A stretch of DNA of 62,837 bases, the filler included, from an uncultured bacterium (lineage in GTDB: Bacteria > Hinthialibacterota > Hinthialibacteria > Hinthialibacterales > Hinthialibacteraceae), in NCBI GenBank assembly GCA_964449065.1. It is 5 parts of 5 records of this genome, joined end to end, with 100 filler letters (N's around TTAATTAATTAA, not from the genome) between each part and the next. Parts side by side here need not be neighbours in the genome. Positions count along the whole stretch, not along the records: positions 37,863 to 50,303 come from CAYVAZ010000145.1; positions 50,404 to 62,837 come from CAYVAZ010000146.1; 3 more parts are not named here. One strand, 5' to 3'. Below the pieces are notes generated by a model. The model was not told the DNA's origin. It saw nothing but the letters and a program-made list of their open reading frames with translations, and ran no database searches. The position numbers were made by a program, and so were the translations under genes. Below are positions 40,295 to 50,673 of this stretch, in pieces (position 1 is the stretch's first letter; each line of letters opens with the position of its first letter).

Positions 40295-41575
40295 ATGAAC
40301 TCTACAATAATCGAACAAAACACGGACACCTCACCCGCCATCGAATGCCGCGGTCTATCCAAAGTCTTCCAACTCTCCGAAGAGCAGGCAGGCACGTGGA
40401 AAGAAGCCATCCTGCGCGGCGGAAGAAGCCGCCGCAAAACCCGCGATCTGCGCGCCATCGATGGATTGGACCTGCAAATCCAACGCGGCGAAATCGTCGG
40501 CCTGATCGGCGATAACGGTTCCGGCAAAAGCACCCTGCTCAAAATGATTGCCGGCATCACCCAGCCAACCGCCGGCACCATCCACGTCGGCGGAACCGTC
40601 TCCAGCCTGCTTGAAGTCGGCGTCGGCTTTCATCTCGAAATGACCGGGCGCGAAAACGTCTATCTCTCCGGCGCGCTGTTAGGAATCCCCAAACACGAAC
40701 TCACCCAACGCATGACCGAAATCATCGCCTTTAGCGAGCTGGAAGGCTTTATCGATTCGCCCGTTAAACACTATTCTTCCGGCATGTTTTTACGCTTGGG
40801 ATTCGCCATCGGCATCTACGTCCAGCCCGAAGTCCTGTTGGTCGATGAAATCCTCGCGGTCGGCGATCAGCGCTTTCAACGCAAGTGCAAAGACCACATC
40901 CGCCATCTCCGCGATTCCGGCAAAACCATCATCGTCGTCTCGCACGATATGGACGCTGTTTTATCTCTATGCAGCCGTGCCATCGTTCTCAACCAAGGCA
41001 AAATCCTTGGCGACGGCATTCCGCATGAGATGATCGCCCTCTATAAACAGCATCAGTTCGAACAAGCTCACCAACGGGGAGAGGAAGCCCCCGCCGAACT
41101 GCGCTTCCGCAACCGCTTTGGTACTTATGAGATGCTCTTCACCGCCGTAAAAATGTTCAACGCAAACGGCGATGAAGCCTATTCATTCCAATCCGGAGAC
41201 CCCTGCAAAATCGAGTTCCACTGGCAAACCCGCCAGCGCATTCCCTATCCCATCTTCGGGTTTTCCATCGTCACCGATGAAGGCGATCCCATCTACACCC
41301 GCGCCACCGATGTCGCCTATGGTGATATCGATTTCATCGAAGGCGAAGGAATCACCACCTTCAACATCTCATCCCTCAATCTGTTAGAGGGAGCCTACAG
41401 CCTCACCTACGGAGTCACCTCCCGTGAAGAAGGCCCCGGTTCTTCCTTCAACTTCTACGAAGGCTACGACCTCGTCGAATGCATGTGCCCCTTCTTCATC
41501 AAGGCCGGAGAAGCAGCCCTCGGCATGAGAGGCCTTATCTACATGCCCTGCAACGCTACGGTTCAATCCATCTAA
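40295..41575 (+). CDS. Polysaccharide-export ABC transporter ATP-binding subunit (Wzt-like) with C-terminal domain
   Basis: GDNGSGKST, TGRENV, PVKHYSSGM, LLVDEILAVGD, VSH. Confidence 0.9.
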   Translation: MNSTIIEQNTDTSPAIECRGLSKVFQLSEEQAGTWKEAILRGGRSRRKTRDLRAIDGLDLQIQRGEIVGLIGDNGSGKSTLLKMIAGITQPTAGTIHVGGTVSSLLEVGVGFHLEMTGRENVYLSGALLGIPKHELTQRMTEIIAFSELEGFIDSPVKHYSSGMFLRLGFAIGIYVQPEVLLVDEILAVGDQRFQRKCKDHIRHLRDSGKTIIVVSHDMDAVLSLCSRAIVLNQGKILGDGIPHEMIALYKQHQFEQAHQRGEEAPAELRFRNRFGTYEMLFTAVKMFNANGDEAYSFQSGDPCKIEFHWQTRQRIPYPIFGFSIVTDEGDPIYTRATDVAYGDIDFIEGEGITTFNISSLNLLEGAYSLTYGVTSREEGPGSSFNFYEGYDLVECMCPFFIKAGEAALGMRGLIYMPCNATVQSI

Positions 41576-41593
41576 TACCATTTCCAGTCATCC

Positions 41594-41614
41594 ACCTCCG
41601 GCAAAGCCGGAGGT
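41594..41614. terminator. Hairpin ACCTCCGGC-AAA-GCCGGAGGT (terminator or IS200/IS605-like end)
   Basis: 9-bp stem just after the Wzt stop. Confidence 0.5.
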
Positions 41615-41629
41615 TTACCTTTATTTAAT

Positions 41630-41851
41630 TATTCTAGATCAATCAATTCTTCAACGTTCGTAGGAATAGGGGCATTCTTTTACCAAGACTTCCAACTATC
41701 CTCGAATCGCATCTTGCACCATCTCCCGCGCCTCTTCCAGTGTATCGACTTCAGTAATGCAACCCGGCAATGCGGGTAGGGTAACGGTATATCCACCCTC
41801 TTCAGCCGGATGAAATATCGCGGTGTATTCAAAAACCTGTTCTGTTTTCAT
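41630..41851 (-). pseudogene. HicB-family antitoxin remnant
   Basis: YTAIFHPAEEGGYTVTLPALPGCITEVDTLEEAREMVQDAIRG*LEVL; in-frame TAG at 41696-41698; 3' boundary approximate. Confidence 0.8.
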
Positions 41852-41948
41852 TGTATGATTTCCCTCTATTATTAATCTGTCTCTATCTTATTCTCTTATG
41901 TTACGCATGCGCTATGATATGCTCGTTTTTCTGATCTTTCACTGGATA

Positions 41949-41986
41949 TATCGCCCTCGCCCTCTCGGAGAGGGACGGAGTGAGGG
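41949..41986 (-). repeat. REP-like palindromic repeat
   Basis: Close reverse-complement match to 45-82. Confidence 0.75.
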
Positions 41987-42197
41987 GTTATGGAGACAAA
42001 AACCTCTAAGTACCCTATTGCATTACAGGGAGCAATCGCTCTCTTCGCCCTCATCCCGCATCTTCTTCCATAGGGCTACTCTCCGTACACAACCGGGGAG
42101 CATCAGCTTCCAGCTGGTGCGTCAATCTGTCCAACTCAATGTAAATATACTTGAAAGAATCTGTCTAAACAATGTATTTTAGGAAGTCTGTTTTTTA

Positions 42198-42314
42198 GGA
42201 GGGCAAGGCTCCCACCGGGCCAGGTTTTGGAACGCAAGGCTCACGCCAAGCCAGGTTTTGGAGGGCGAGGCTCCCGCCGAGCCGGGTTTTGGAGGGCGAG
42301 GCTCCCGCCGAGCC
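42198..42314 (+). repeat. Four tandem 31-bp REP-like units GGAGGGCGAGGCTCCCGCCGAGCC(RGGTTTT)
   Basis: Units start at 42198, 42229, 42260 and 42291; no spacers. Confidence 0.9.
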
Positions 42315-42357
42315 AGAAGCACAGTATTTGAGAGATTGAAAGCGATTCGATTTATTT

Positions 42358-42440
42358 GTAGGGCTCAAAGCGAAGCGTAGCCCACCATGACCATTTCTGC
42401 TTACTTGATTTCAACCAACATTCTTACTGCAACTTGGTAT
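42358..42440. mobile_element. MITE family C right half with GTAG REP
   Basis: Similar to about 6530-6615; ends GCAACTTGGTAT|TA. Confidence 0.7.
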
Positions 42441-42677
42441 TATTTGTACTCGTACCGGGAGGTGATCCGGTGGTGCAGAACGGCGCGGCCTACCCTACAA
42501 GTTTCTTCCATTCAGGTTTATCTGGATCATCCAATCAGGGGTTTACAATGACCTCTGCTGTAAAGATTATTGGATGATTCATAGTGAACTTTTCTATTTG
42601 AAACCGGCATAAGAAAAGCAAGTTTTATGTTACGAACGTCGGTTACGCTGCCGGGCGATAAACCGGTCAAACATCTA

Positions 42678-42782
42678 GTAGTCTGTCAATCATAAAATGA
42701 CGGATGATTATCCGTTGTTGCCCCCCCTTATTAAGGGGGGTGGGGGGGATCGATACCCGTCAATAAAACGTTGACACCATAC
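42678..42782. mobile_element. MITE family A (105 bp), TA-flanked
   Basis: TA|GTAGTCTGTCAA...TTGACACCATAC|TA. Confidence 0.88.
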
Positions 42783-42808
42783 TAGTTGTTTCAAGAAAAC
42801 ATGCGTGA

Positions 42809-45800
42809 TTAAAACTTAATCAATGTAAGACCGCCCTCAAAGTTGACGATGCTGCCGTCGCCGTTCCAATTCTTCAGCGCTTCCGCGGCCGCCAAACCGG
42901 AATTGGCGAGAATGTCTGCGGAAACATCATTAAAATCACGCGAGACGCCGTTGCCTAATTTGTTCATTGCGCCATTCATGATGAAATCCCTAAGCGTATT
43001 GGCATCAATCGTCCCCCGTGTAAGAAGATCTTTCCCGAATGAACCTACCGCCGCGTTTCCAGCGGGATTCGTGAGTACATTTCTTGCGAATCTTCCACCC
43101 CGGGTGCTATTAAAGAACCTGTTCCCCGCACGCGCCACCCTTGATGTCGAAGGCGCGGCAAAACGATTCGTAGCGAATATTCCTTTCCGCACCGCTTCGG
43201 CGTGCTTTGCGTGACGTGCCGCGGAAACAGCGGTTCCCGCTCCGCAAGTGGCGGCGCCCAACACGGTGTCAAACACCAATGATCCCCAGCACACGCTGCT
43301 TAAGAAGCCTTGATTTTTTTTATCGTCCGTGGCGTATTTTACGCCCTGGCCTATCAGGTTCACGCCCAATCCCGCAACGCCGCCAACCAAGAATGTCCCT
43401 TCCGGGTCCGTGCGATTCATGGGATTGTTTTTGACATAACGATAAAAGTTGTAACCCGACAGATTGAACATTGGATCTTCTTGAAGAAAACGCCCCAATT
43501 GGGGATCGTAATAACGTTTCTTCATGTAATACAATCCCGTCTCTGGATCGTATTGGGCGCCGGTGTATAAGAATGGATTCGGAATTCCCTCCCGCGCTGA
43601 AATCACCCGTCCGAAACTATCGTATTGATACTCATTGACCACCACGCCGGCTGCGTCGGTGATTTGAATCACGCTGTGCAAATGATCCCGATGATAGATA
43701 AATTGCGAATCGCCGCGCTTGACGGATAACAAGGTTTGCAAACCTGGACCGTACGTATATGTCGCCAATAACTGATCCTCTCCATCGTACTCGGCGATCA
43801 GTTGGTTCCGTGTATTCCACAGGTATTTCGTTGTCACCCCATTCACGGTTTTGCTGGTGCGCTGCCCGGCGGGATTGTACGTATAAACGCTCACACCTTC
43901 CGTCAAACCGTTGGCTCCAATCGTTTCCACTGCGATCAACTTGTTCAACGCGTCATAGGTATACACGGTGGCGGCGGCGTTGGATTTGTTGATTTTTCGC
44001 GTCAGATTCCCTTCCGCGTCATGTTCGTAGGTAAACCGGCTGTCTTCTAAAACGCGATTGGCCGCATCGTAAAGAATGGGTCCCGGATCCAAGTGTGAAG
44101 CGATTCGGTTGCCGCGCATATCGTAGGTGTAAAATTCATCCTCCATAACGCCGGAATGCCGCGCGGAAACCAACTGGCTGGTTTCATCATATTCGTAACT
44201 ATGCTCATCCCCGTTATGATCGACCATACGCGCAACTTCGCCAATCGGATTCAATTCGTAGGCAAAACTTGAAATCACTGTTCCCGATACGGAATTTGTA
44301 ATCGCCGTGACAATGTTGGCCAAATTGAGGTCGCGTTGCAGTTCCGCAGTGACATTATCCGCACTCACGGCATGAAGGCCCACAAGACGCTCGCCCGCGT
44401 CGATATCGAAATCAAGGCGCAGAAGGTTTGTCGTCATCGAGCGAATTACCGGCCTGGAATCGTACGTGAAATGCGTATCCATACCCGACGGATCCGTATA
44501 GCGAATCAGCATGTCGTCCCGATCGTACTCAAATGCAGTCTCCGCTGCCGGCTCAAGAATTTGCGCGTCCTCGGAACCATACCGGACGCCCAGCAACCGG
44601 CCCATGGAATCGTAGTCAAAATTCGCTTGGCTGTCGGCGTCGCTCATGGTCGTCATCGCGCCGATTGAATTGTATTCAAACGTTTGCCGATCCCCATTCT
44701 GCAGCACAACCCCCGTCATATCACGGCTTTCATTGTATTCAAAACGCACCGTTTCGCCGTTTCGCGTCGTAAGCGACTCCCGCAGTTGCAGTTCGTTGTT
44801 GACGAATTCCTTCCGCGCCCCAAGTTGATCCACCATCGCGATGACGGCGTTCATCGGGTCGTACTCCATCTCGATTGCCGCGCCTTCATGATCGAGAATC
44901 TTGGTCGTGTTGCCCATATTGTCATATTCAAAGCGAACCGTCTCGCCGCGCTCATTGATCATGACGACGGGACGATTCATCAAATCGTATTCAAAGAACA
45001 CCGTGTCGCCGTTGACGTTGGTCGCGGCCAGGATATTCCCGGCGGAATCCAACTGAAACGGTACGGCATGGCCCTCGGGATCGGTGTATTTCACGATGTT
45101 GCCGTTCTCGTCATACTCGTAAAGTTGCACCTGATCCAACGCATTGGTCTGAGCGGCCAGCATGCCGCGCTCATCATACTCATTCGTAACCGATCCAATA
45201 TCTCCCGAGCTATACGCCACCGGAACATTCGCATCGTTATACGCGATTCGGACAACTCTCCCCCCGGGGGTGGTCAGTTTTACAAGGTTGCCGTTCTCGT
45301 CATAGTCAAAGAGAGACACTCCGCCATCATCATCGACGATGCTGACAAGATTGCCCGAGGTGTTGTAGCGATACCGGTATTCCGCCCCATTGGGAAGGAG
45401 AGATTGCGTCAAGCTTCCCTGCTCATTGTGATCAAACTGAAAGATAAACCCACGTTCGTCAACGATCTCTTCCGCCGCGCCCACCGGATCCGTCTTGTAA
45501 GAGACCTGCGTGCCGGCGCCCGTCGTGAATACGTCGTTTACGTCTTTGGTCATCACGACCGGCAGTGCGGATTGGGCGTCCACACGTCCGCTTTTGGGAA
45601 CGCTGAGTCGATTGCTTGGCGCCACTTGGCGGATTTCATCGTTTGGCAGCGCAATCTGCTCCAGCAATCCATTTTCTGTGTAGCTGTATTGATAGAGTTT
45701 ATCGTTCGGAGTCGTCAGGCTCGTCATGCGGTGAAATTCATCATAGGCGTATTGATTGCCGGCGCCATCCGGGCCTGTAATCGAAGTTAAGTTGTTTTGC

Positions 45801-48800
45801 TCATCGATCTCAAACACCGTGACGCGCCCGGCGGGATCGGTCAGGGTGCGTAATTTACCGTTTTGATACGAGAACGAATAATCCTGATTGGTCGGATAGG
45901 TAATGGTTTCAACCCGCTGCTCTGCATCGTAGGCGTAAGTAATCCCAACACTCTCATTGAGCATGGCGGCTGTTAGTAAACCAGTCTCATCATACTCAAA
46001 ACGCATACCAAAACGATCGATATGGGTAAAGGATCCATCCTCGTTCAACGCCAGCTGATCTTCGGGAACCATAGAGTTATCAAGCGAAGAAAGTTCGCCC
46101 TGAACGCCCAACAAGACCGAGACGGTATTCCCGTTGGCCACCACAAAATCCAATACACCGTCTTCGTCGAAATCGCCCTTGCCTATACGGTCCACGCTAT
46201 CGCCCATGCTATAACGCGAAGCGATGATGAAGTCGCCGTTGGCCTGCGACAGCAAGATCAATACGTTCTCATGCGTTTGGCTGCTGACAATCAAATCATC
46301 CAAGCCGTCATCGTTCATATCGCCCGCCTGAAGCCCCACTGGATCAGCGTCAACAAGAACATGGAACGCATCCGAAAAACCACGCAAGCCGTCACCGTAC
46401 ATGACGGACACCGTATCGTCGTCTTTGTTGACTTGCGCCAAATCCAAAGCCGAATCGCCGTTAAAGTCGCCCTTGACAAGAAAAAATGGATTCCGCTGCC
46501 CCACGGGGATGGAGACAATTTCCAAAAACGTACCGTTTCCGCGACCGAACAGCACATGCGTTTGGCGGGCGCCCGTCGAGCTCATGACCGCCAGATCGGG
46601 AAACCCGTCGTCGTCGAAATCGCCGTTCACGATTCCTATCGGACGCGAGCCGACCGCGATATCGAAGCGAGTCGGAAACGCGCCGGTCCCATCGCCCAAC
46701 AAGGCAGACACGTTGTCGCTGTTTGTGTTCACGGAAGCGAGATCGATGTTGCCATCTAGATTGAAGTCTGCAGACGTGATGGCGCTGTTTCCAAAACCGG
46801 TTTGCACGGAATCGCCAAACCGGTTAAACACGCCCAAATTGTTGCCCAAAAACACGTTGACGCTGTCACCGCCCGACGGCCGCGCCCAATCCAGCACGCC
46901 GTCGTTGTTGAAGTCCGCCGCCACGGATTGAGGCGCGCCAAACCCGCCCGTTCCGCCCAAGGGGAACGGCTGCCCAAATCCGCCCTGGCCATCGCCGAAC
47001 AACAGTGTGGAATTGGTTGTATTCCCATCCAAAGTGATAACGTCTAAATGGTTGTCATTGTTGAAATCGGCAACGAGAGGAAATCCGGTTCCGGAGTTCG
47101 CTTGAAAACTGGGCGTGTCGATAAATAGGCCATCGCCCAAATTGCGGTAGATTGTAATCGAGCGCGCCCGTGGGTCAGCAATAATCAGTTCCGGCAGCTG
47201 GTCGCCGTCCAGATCGGACGAAACCAACTTTTCAGGAAATTCCGAACCGTTCAATGTATCCGACTCGATGAAATTTCCTTCACCATCGCCAAGCCAAACC
47301 GCGACGTTTCTTGATGCAATATGGGCTGCGCTAATATCCATAACGCCGTCGCCGTTGTAGTCGGCGATATCCAAATCTCTCGGCGAATTCTTCGCCTCAA
47401 TCGAGGTTATGCCGCTAAATTCTCCATCCCCCATGCTCCATACAATGTCCACGGTGAAGGTGGTTGCATTGGCAACGGCGATATCCACGTTTCCGTCTTC
47501 ATTTAGATCCGCGACAAGAATATCCTCCGCCAATCCCCCAACGTCGATCAAATCCGTTGTTAAAAATGTCCCCGTTCCATCGTTAAACAACACCGTGATG
47601 TCACGGCTGCCTTTGTTGGCCACCACCAAATCGACGATCCCATCGCCATTGAAATCGGCGCTTTCTATATCTTCCGGATTGTCGCCCACGCCGAACATAA
47701 TCGGATTCTGGAGAAACGAACCGCCGCCGTCGCCAAATAATACAGTCACCGTATCGTTGTTTCGAACCGGATACGCAATGTCGGGATTTTCGTCACCGTC
47801 CAAATCCGCGATCGTCAATCCGCGCGCGTTCGTTTGATCCAACAGCCTTACGGATTCTTCAAAGGTTCCATCACCCAATCCGCGCAGCCACTCCAAATGC
47901 ACCCCCATCACAACAAGGTCCAGCACATCATCCTTATCGATATCCGCGAGTTCAAAATCGATCGAGCCGGCGTTCACGCGGTAGGGTTGCACATCGGCGA
48001 ACGTCCCGTCTTCTTGCGACAGAAAAACATTGACTTGATCCGCCTGAAAATTCGATACGCCTGCTATGAACAAATCGTCAATACCGTCGCCATTAACATC
48101 CGCAGTTTTCGCTTCATTCATTGCCGCATTCAAAGGAATGTTTTCAGAACCGAGAAATTCGCCCGTTCCCTTAAAAACGGGATTGAAACCAAAAATGGAT
48201 CCATCCCCGACCGAGATCGTGACCCGCCCATCTTCTTGATGACGCAACCGCCGCAGTTCGCTGAACGACCAGCCCGCGCCGAACGGACTTTGGATGTCAT
48301 TGCGCAACACCAGCGTGCCCGCTACCGGGTCCGACACGCGCTGGGCGCTGGGGAACAAACACGCGACTCGAAATTCATAATCATAAAATCCTGTAGGAAA
48401 TTCGACGGCATCAAACTGATACGCTTGACGAAACGGATCCGTCGTGCCAAACGGCAACATGTCCGCGCCGCCCTGGGTGTATAAATCCGGCTGCTTCACG
48501 CCGCCCACATTGACGCGCGACACAATGAATTCCGGCACGGGACCGTTGCTTGGATTGGAAACATTGAAGTCCAATACCGGTCGAGGATTGGCCGTATGGC
48601 TGTTGTAAAAAAAAGCGGGGCGCTTTTCTTCGCTTAACGAAAGAATGTGCGGCAGTTCAAAATCGATACGCAGCGAACCATTCTGCAACCCGACTGACGA
48701 CGATCCGGATTGCCGCGCCTGCCACTCGGGATCATCCACTTCCGATACATTCCCTTCCGCGTCGATCAAAATAGTCGGAGGCGCGGCGGCGTGCCACGAT

Positions 48801-50032
48801 CCCGAACGAATCACGCCGCCATCCGATACAATATTCGCTCCGTCCTCTGTCACGGTGCCCGTTCCGATTTTCTCGAAATTGCCGGTATCTTGGTTTAAAC
48901 CAAAAATATCCACAAACGCCCCGGGCGAATATCCATCCACGTTGGGAAAAGACACCACCACCGGCGGATCGAATTCCACCGTGGGCGGTTGAAACGCGTA
49001 ATACAAGAAAGGTACGATGCCATCCGGCAACGGCAGCGGCGCGCGCGACGGCTCCACCACGGTAATCGACATGTCCCCTTGATAGGAATTGAAACTGCCG
49101 CGTTCCCTCGCGGTGTTGGGGGGAATGATTACCTCAATGGGGCCGAAATTTTCCCCACCGATTATGACATCCGTGCTGCTAATTACCGAAGTCGATCCTG
49201 GAACCACGGGATCCGCGCTGGCTATATCCAATTGGGGAATGAAAATCGGCCGGGTTATTCGATTCATCACGTTTGGAAGCAAGGAAATATTTTCGATCAA
49301 AGTGGGATACAGTCCGTCCTCCACCTGCGATCCGTCAATGGTGATGGGAACCTCGCCCGATTCGATACCGAGCAACTCATATTCGCCTAGCGCATTGGTG
49401 AATCCCTCTATCCCGCCGACCTGCACGCGCACGTTCTCCAATGGACGCAAGGTGTCAGAATCCAAAATTCGGCCTGCTATGCCCGTTTCCGCGTCAATCA
49501 AAACCGTAGGCACCGTCACTTGAAACATCGTTTCCGCGGACAACAATCCGTCGGAAACGATGAGTCGAATCAAAATTTCTCCCGCCTGGTCCGGACCGGG
49601 CGCGAAGGTAAATGTTTGGCGGTCTGCATCGAAGCTGAAATTGCGCGGCAGCGGCAAGGGATCGGTGCTGAACGAAAGGAGGTCTTGATCGGGGTCGCTG
49701 GCGACGACGGGAAAAGTGATCGAACTTCCGGCCTCCACCACCTGATTGGGGATGCTCTCAAGTTTCGGCGGGCGATTGAATAACGCCTGTCGCCAGTTCG
49801 AGCCAAATATAAAAATATCAGAGGCATTGAGCCTGCCATCGCTATTGACATCGGCGGCTGGATTCTGTTCATCCCACAATTCAATCATTTGCAATAAATC
49901 TTGCCGGTCGACCAACCCGTCTTGAGTGAAGTCGCTGCGTTCCTGAGAGACGCTTACAATCGCGCTCATAATAGTCACGATCAAAATGGTAACACAAAAA
50001 AGGCGCCAAAGATCAAACAATACCCGCATCAT
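42809..50032 (-). CDS. Giant secreted YD/RHS protein with dockerin-like, Ig-like and FG-GAP repeats
   Basis: Signal peptide; DFTQDGLVD/DVNSDGRLN pair; SPFGAGWS; more than 12 DFNxDGxxD repeats; YD repeats; RHS core YTGAQYDPETGLYY..RYYDP..GRFLQEDP..NNPMNRTDPEG. Confidence 0.92.
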   Translation of the reverse strand: MMRVLFDLWRLFCVTILIVTIMSAIVSVSQERSDFTQDGLVDRQDLLQMIELWDEQNPAADVNSDGRLNASDIFIFGSNWRQALFNRPPKLESIPNQVVEAGSSITFPVVASDPDQDLLSFSTDPLPLPRNFSFDADRQTFTFAPGPDQAGEILIRLIVSDGLLSAETMFQVTVPTVLIDAETGIAGRILDSDTLRPLENVRVQVGGIEGFTNALGEYELLGIESGEVPITIDGSQVEDGLYPTLIENISLLPNVMNRITRPIFIPQLDIASADPVVPGSTSVISSTDVIIGGENFGPIEVIIPPNTARERGSFNSYQGDMSITVVEPSRAPLPLPDGIVPFLYYAFQPPTVEFDPPVVVSFPNVDGYSPGAFVDIFGLNQDTGNFEKIGTGTVTEDGANIVSDGGVIRSGSWHAAAPPTILIDAEGNVSEVDDPEWQARQSGSSSVGLQNGSLRIDFELPHILSLSEEKRPAFFYNSHTANPRPVLDFNVSNPSNGPVPEFIVSRVNVGGVKQPDLYTQGGADMLPFGTTDPFRQAYQFDAVEFPTGFYDYEFRVACLFPSAQRVSDPVAGTLVLRNDIQSPFGAGWSFSELRRLRHQEDGRVTISVGDGSIFGFNPVFKGTGEFLGSENIPLNAAMNEAKTADVNGDGIDDLFIAGVSNFQADQVNVFLSQEDGTFADVQPYRVNAGSIDFELADIDKDDVLDLVVMGVHLEWLRGLGDGTFEESVRLLDQTNARGLTIADLDGDENPDIAYPVRNNDTVTVLFGDGGGSFLQNPIMFGVGDNPEDIESADFNGDGIVDLVVANKGSRDITVLFNDGTGTFLTTDLIDVGGLAEDILVADLNEDGNVDIAVANATTFTVDIVWSMGDGEFSGITSIEAKNSPRDLDIADYNGDGVMDISAAHIASRNVAVWLGDGEGNFIESDTLNGSEFPEKLVSSDLDGDQLPELIIADPRARSITIYRNLGDGLFIDTPSFQANSGTGFPLVADFNNDNHLDVITLDGNTTNSTLLFGDGQGGFGQPFPLGGTGGFGAPQSVAADFNNDGVLDWARPSGGDSVNVFLGNNLGVFNRFGDSVQTGFGNSAITSADFNLDGNIDLASVNTNSDNVSALLGDGTGAFPTRFDIAVGSRPIGIVNGDFDDDGFPDLAVMSSTGARQTHVLFGRGNGTFLEIVSIPVGQRNPFFLVKGDFNGDSALDLAQVNKDDDTVSVMYGDGLRGFSDAFHVLVDADPVGLQAGDMNDDGLDDLIVSSQTHENVLILLSQANGDFIIASRYSMGDSVDRIGKGDFDEDGVLDFVVANGNTVSVLLGVQGELSSLDNSMVPEDQLALNEDGSFTHIDRFGMRFEYDETGLLTAAMLNESVGITYAYDAEQRVETITYPTNQDYSFSYQNGKLRTLTDPAGRVTVFEIDEQNNLTSITGPDGAGNQYAYDEFHRMTSLTTPNDKLYQYSYTENGLLEQIALPNDEIRQVAPSNRLSVPKSGRVDAQSALPVVMTKDVNDVFTTGAGTQVSYKTDPVGAAEEIVDERGFIFQFDHNEQGSLTQSLLPNGAEYRYRYNTSGNLVSIVDDDGGVSLFDYDENGNLVKLTTPGGRVVRIAYNDANVPVAYSSGDIGSVTNEYDERGMLAAQTNALDQVQLYEYDENGNIVKYTDPEGHAVPFQLDSAGNILAATNVNGDTVFFEYDLMNRPVVMINERGETVRFEYDNMGNTTKILDHEGAAIEMEYDPMNAVIAMVDQLGARKEFVNNELQLRESLTTRNGETVRFEYNESRDMTGVVLQNGDRQTFEYNSIGAMTTMSDADSQANFDYDSMGRLLGVRYGSEDAQILEPAAETAFEYDRDDMLIRYTDPSGMDTHFTYDSRPVIRSMTTNLLRLDFDIDAGERLVGLHAVSADNVTAELQRDLNLANIVTAITNSVSGTVISSFAYELNPIGEVARMVDHNGDEHSYEYDETSQLVSARHSGVMEDEFYTYDMRGNRIASHLDPGPILYDAANRVLEDSRFTYEHDAEGNLTRKINKSNAAATVYTYDALNKLIAVETIGANGLTEGVSVYTYNPAGQRTSKTVNGVTTKYLWNTRNQLIAEYDGEDQLLATYTYGPGLQTLLSVKRGDSQFIYHRDHLHSVIQITDAAGVVVNEYQYDSFGRVISAREGIPNPFLYTGAQYDPETGLYYMKKRYYDPQLGRFLQEDPMFNLSGYNFYRYVKNNPMNRTDPEGTFLVGGVAGLGVNLIGQGVKYATDDKKNQGFLSSVCWGSLVFDTVLGAATCGAGTAVSAARHAKHAEAVRKGIFATNRFAAPSTSRVARAGNRFFNSTRGGRFARNVLTNPAGNAAVGSFGKDLLTRGTIDANTLRDFIMNGAMNKLGNGVSRDFNDVSADILANSGLAAAEALKNWNGDGSIVNFEGGLTLIKF

Positions 50033-50303
50033 TATCCTCTTTTAAACGGTCGCATAGTTTACGCTGAAACAAACAGGGATTTACGAATAGCCTAAAACAA
50101 TAATATTCAACGAATCATATATAAATATAGAATTGAAGTCAACAAAAATATTCTAAAATGCATATAATCCTAAAAACAGTGATTCGTGACAAGCACCGAA
50201 CCCTCAAAAAAGCCTTGAGGGATATAGCGAAGAAGAAACGTTACAGGCCAGCGGTGTGAAGTAAAAAATCAAAAAGAGGTTCCTTATTCCTCCCCCAATG
50301 CAA

Positions 50304-50403
50304 NNNNNNNNNNNNNNNNNNNNNNNNNNNNNNNNNNNNNNNNNNNNTTAATTAATTAANNNNNNNNNNNNNNNNNNNNNNNNNNNNNNNNNNNNNNNNN
50401 NNN
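50304..50403. other. Artificial contig linker
   Basis: N44-TTAATTAATTAA-N44. Confidence 0.97.
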
Positions 50404-50537
50404 CCCCGGAGCCTACGGCTCCACCCCCTTATGCAAGGGGGTCGTGGCACTGCGCTTCGCTTGTGAATGATTGATCCCACACATTTCATGTGGATGGTTA
50501 AGTTATTACTCAGCATGTCAGCCTTGATGAACTACTA

Positions 50538-50607
50538 GTGCAATTCAAGGTTGGATAGTCAGAAAATAGGTATTGCTACACAATGTCTACGCAAACCTGA
50601 AATGCTC
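50538..50607. mobile_element. MITE family B variant (70 bp, no REP cargo)
   Basis: TA|GTGCAATTCAAGG...CTACGCAAACCTGAAATGCTC|TA. Confidence 0.75.
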
Positions 50608-50673
50608 TATATTATTTAAAAAGAATATCGGCAAATTCAAATGCTCAGCTGGAGCGGATTAAAAAAATTCGGC

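Noticed and set aside
41594..41614. Active IS200/IS605 element
   Set aside because: Only a hairpin resembling such ends is present; no tnpA, tnpB or second end was found.
42198..42314. CRISPR array
   Set aside because: Units are contiguous with no unique spacers, match a dispersed REP family, and no cas genes are present.
44684..45790. 368-aa plus-strand ORF and similar long antisense ORFs (e.g. 2191-3033, 3856-4539)
   Set aside because: They are shadows on the opposite strand of well-supported genes and have no motifs.
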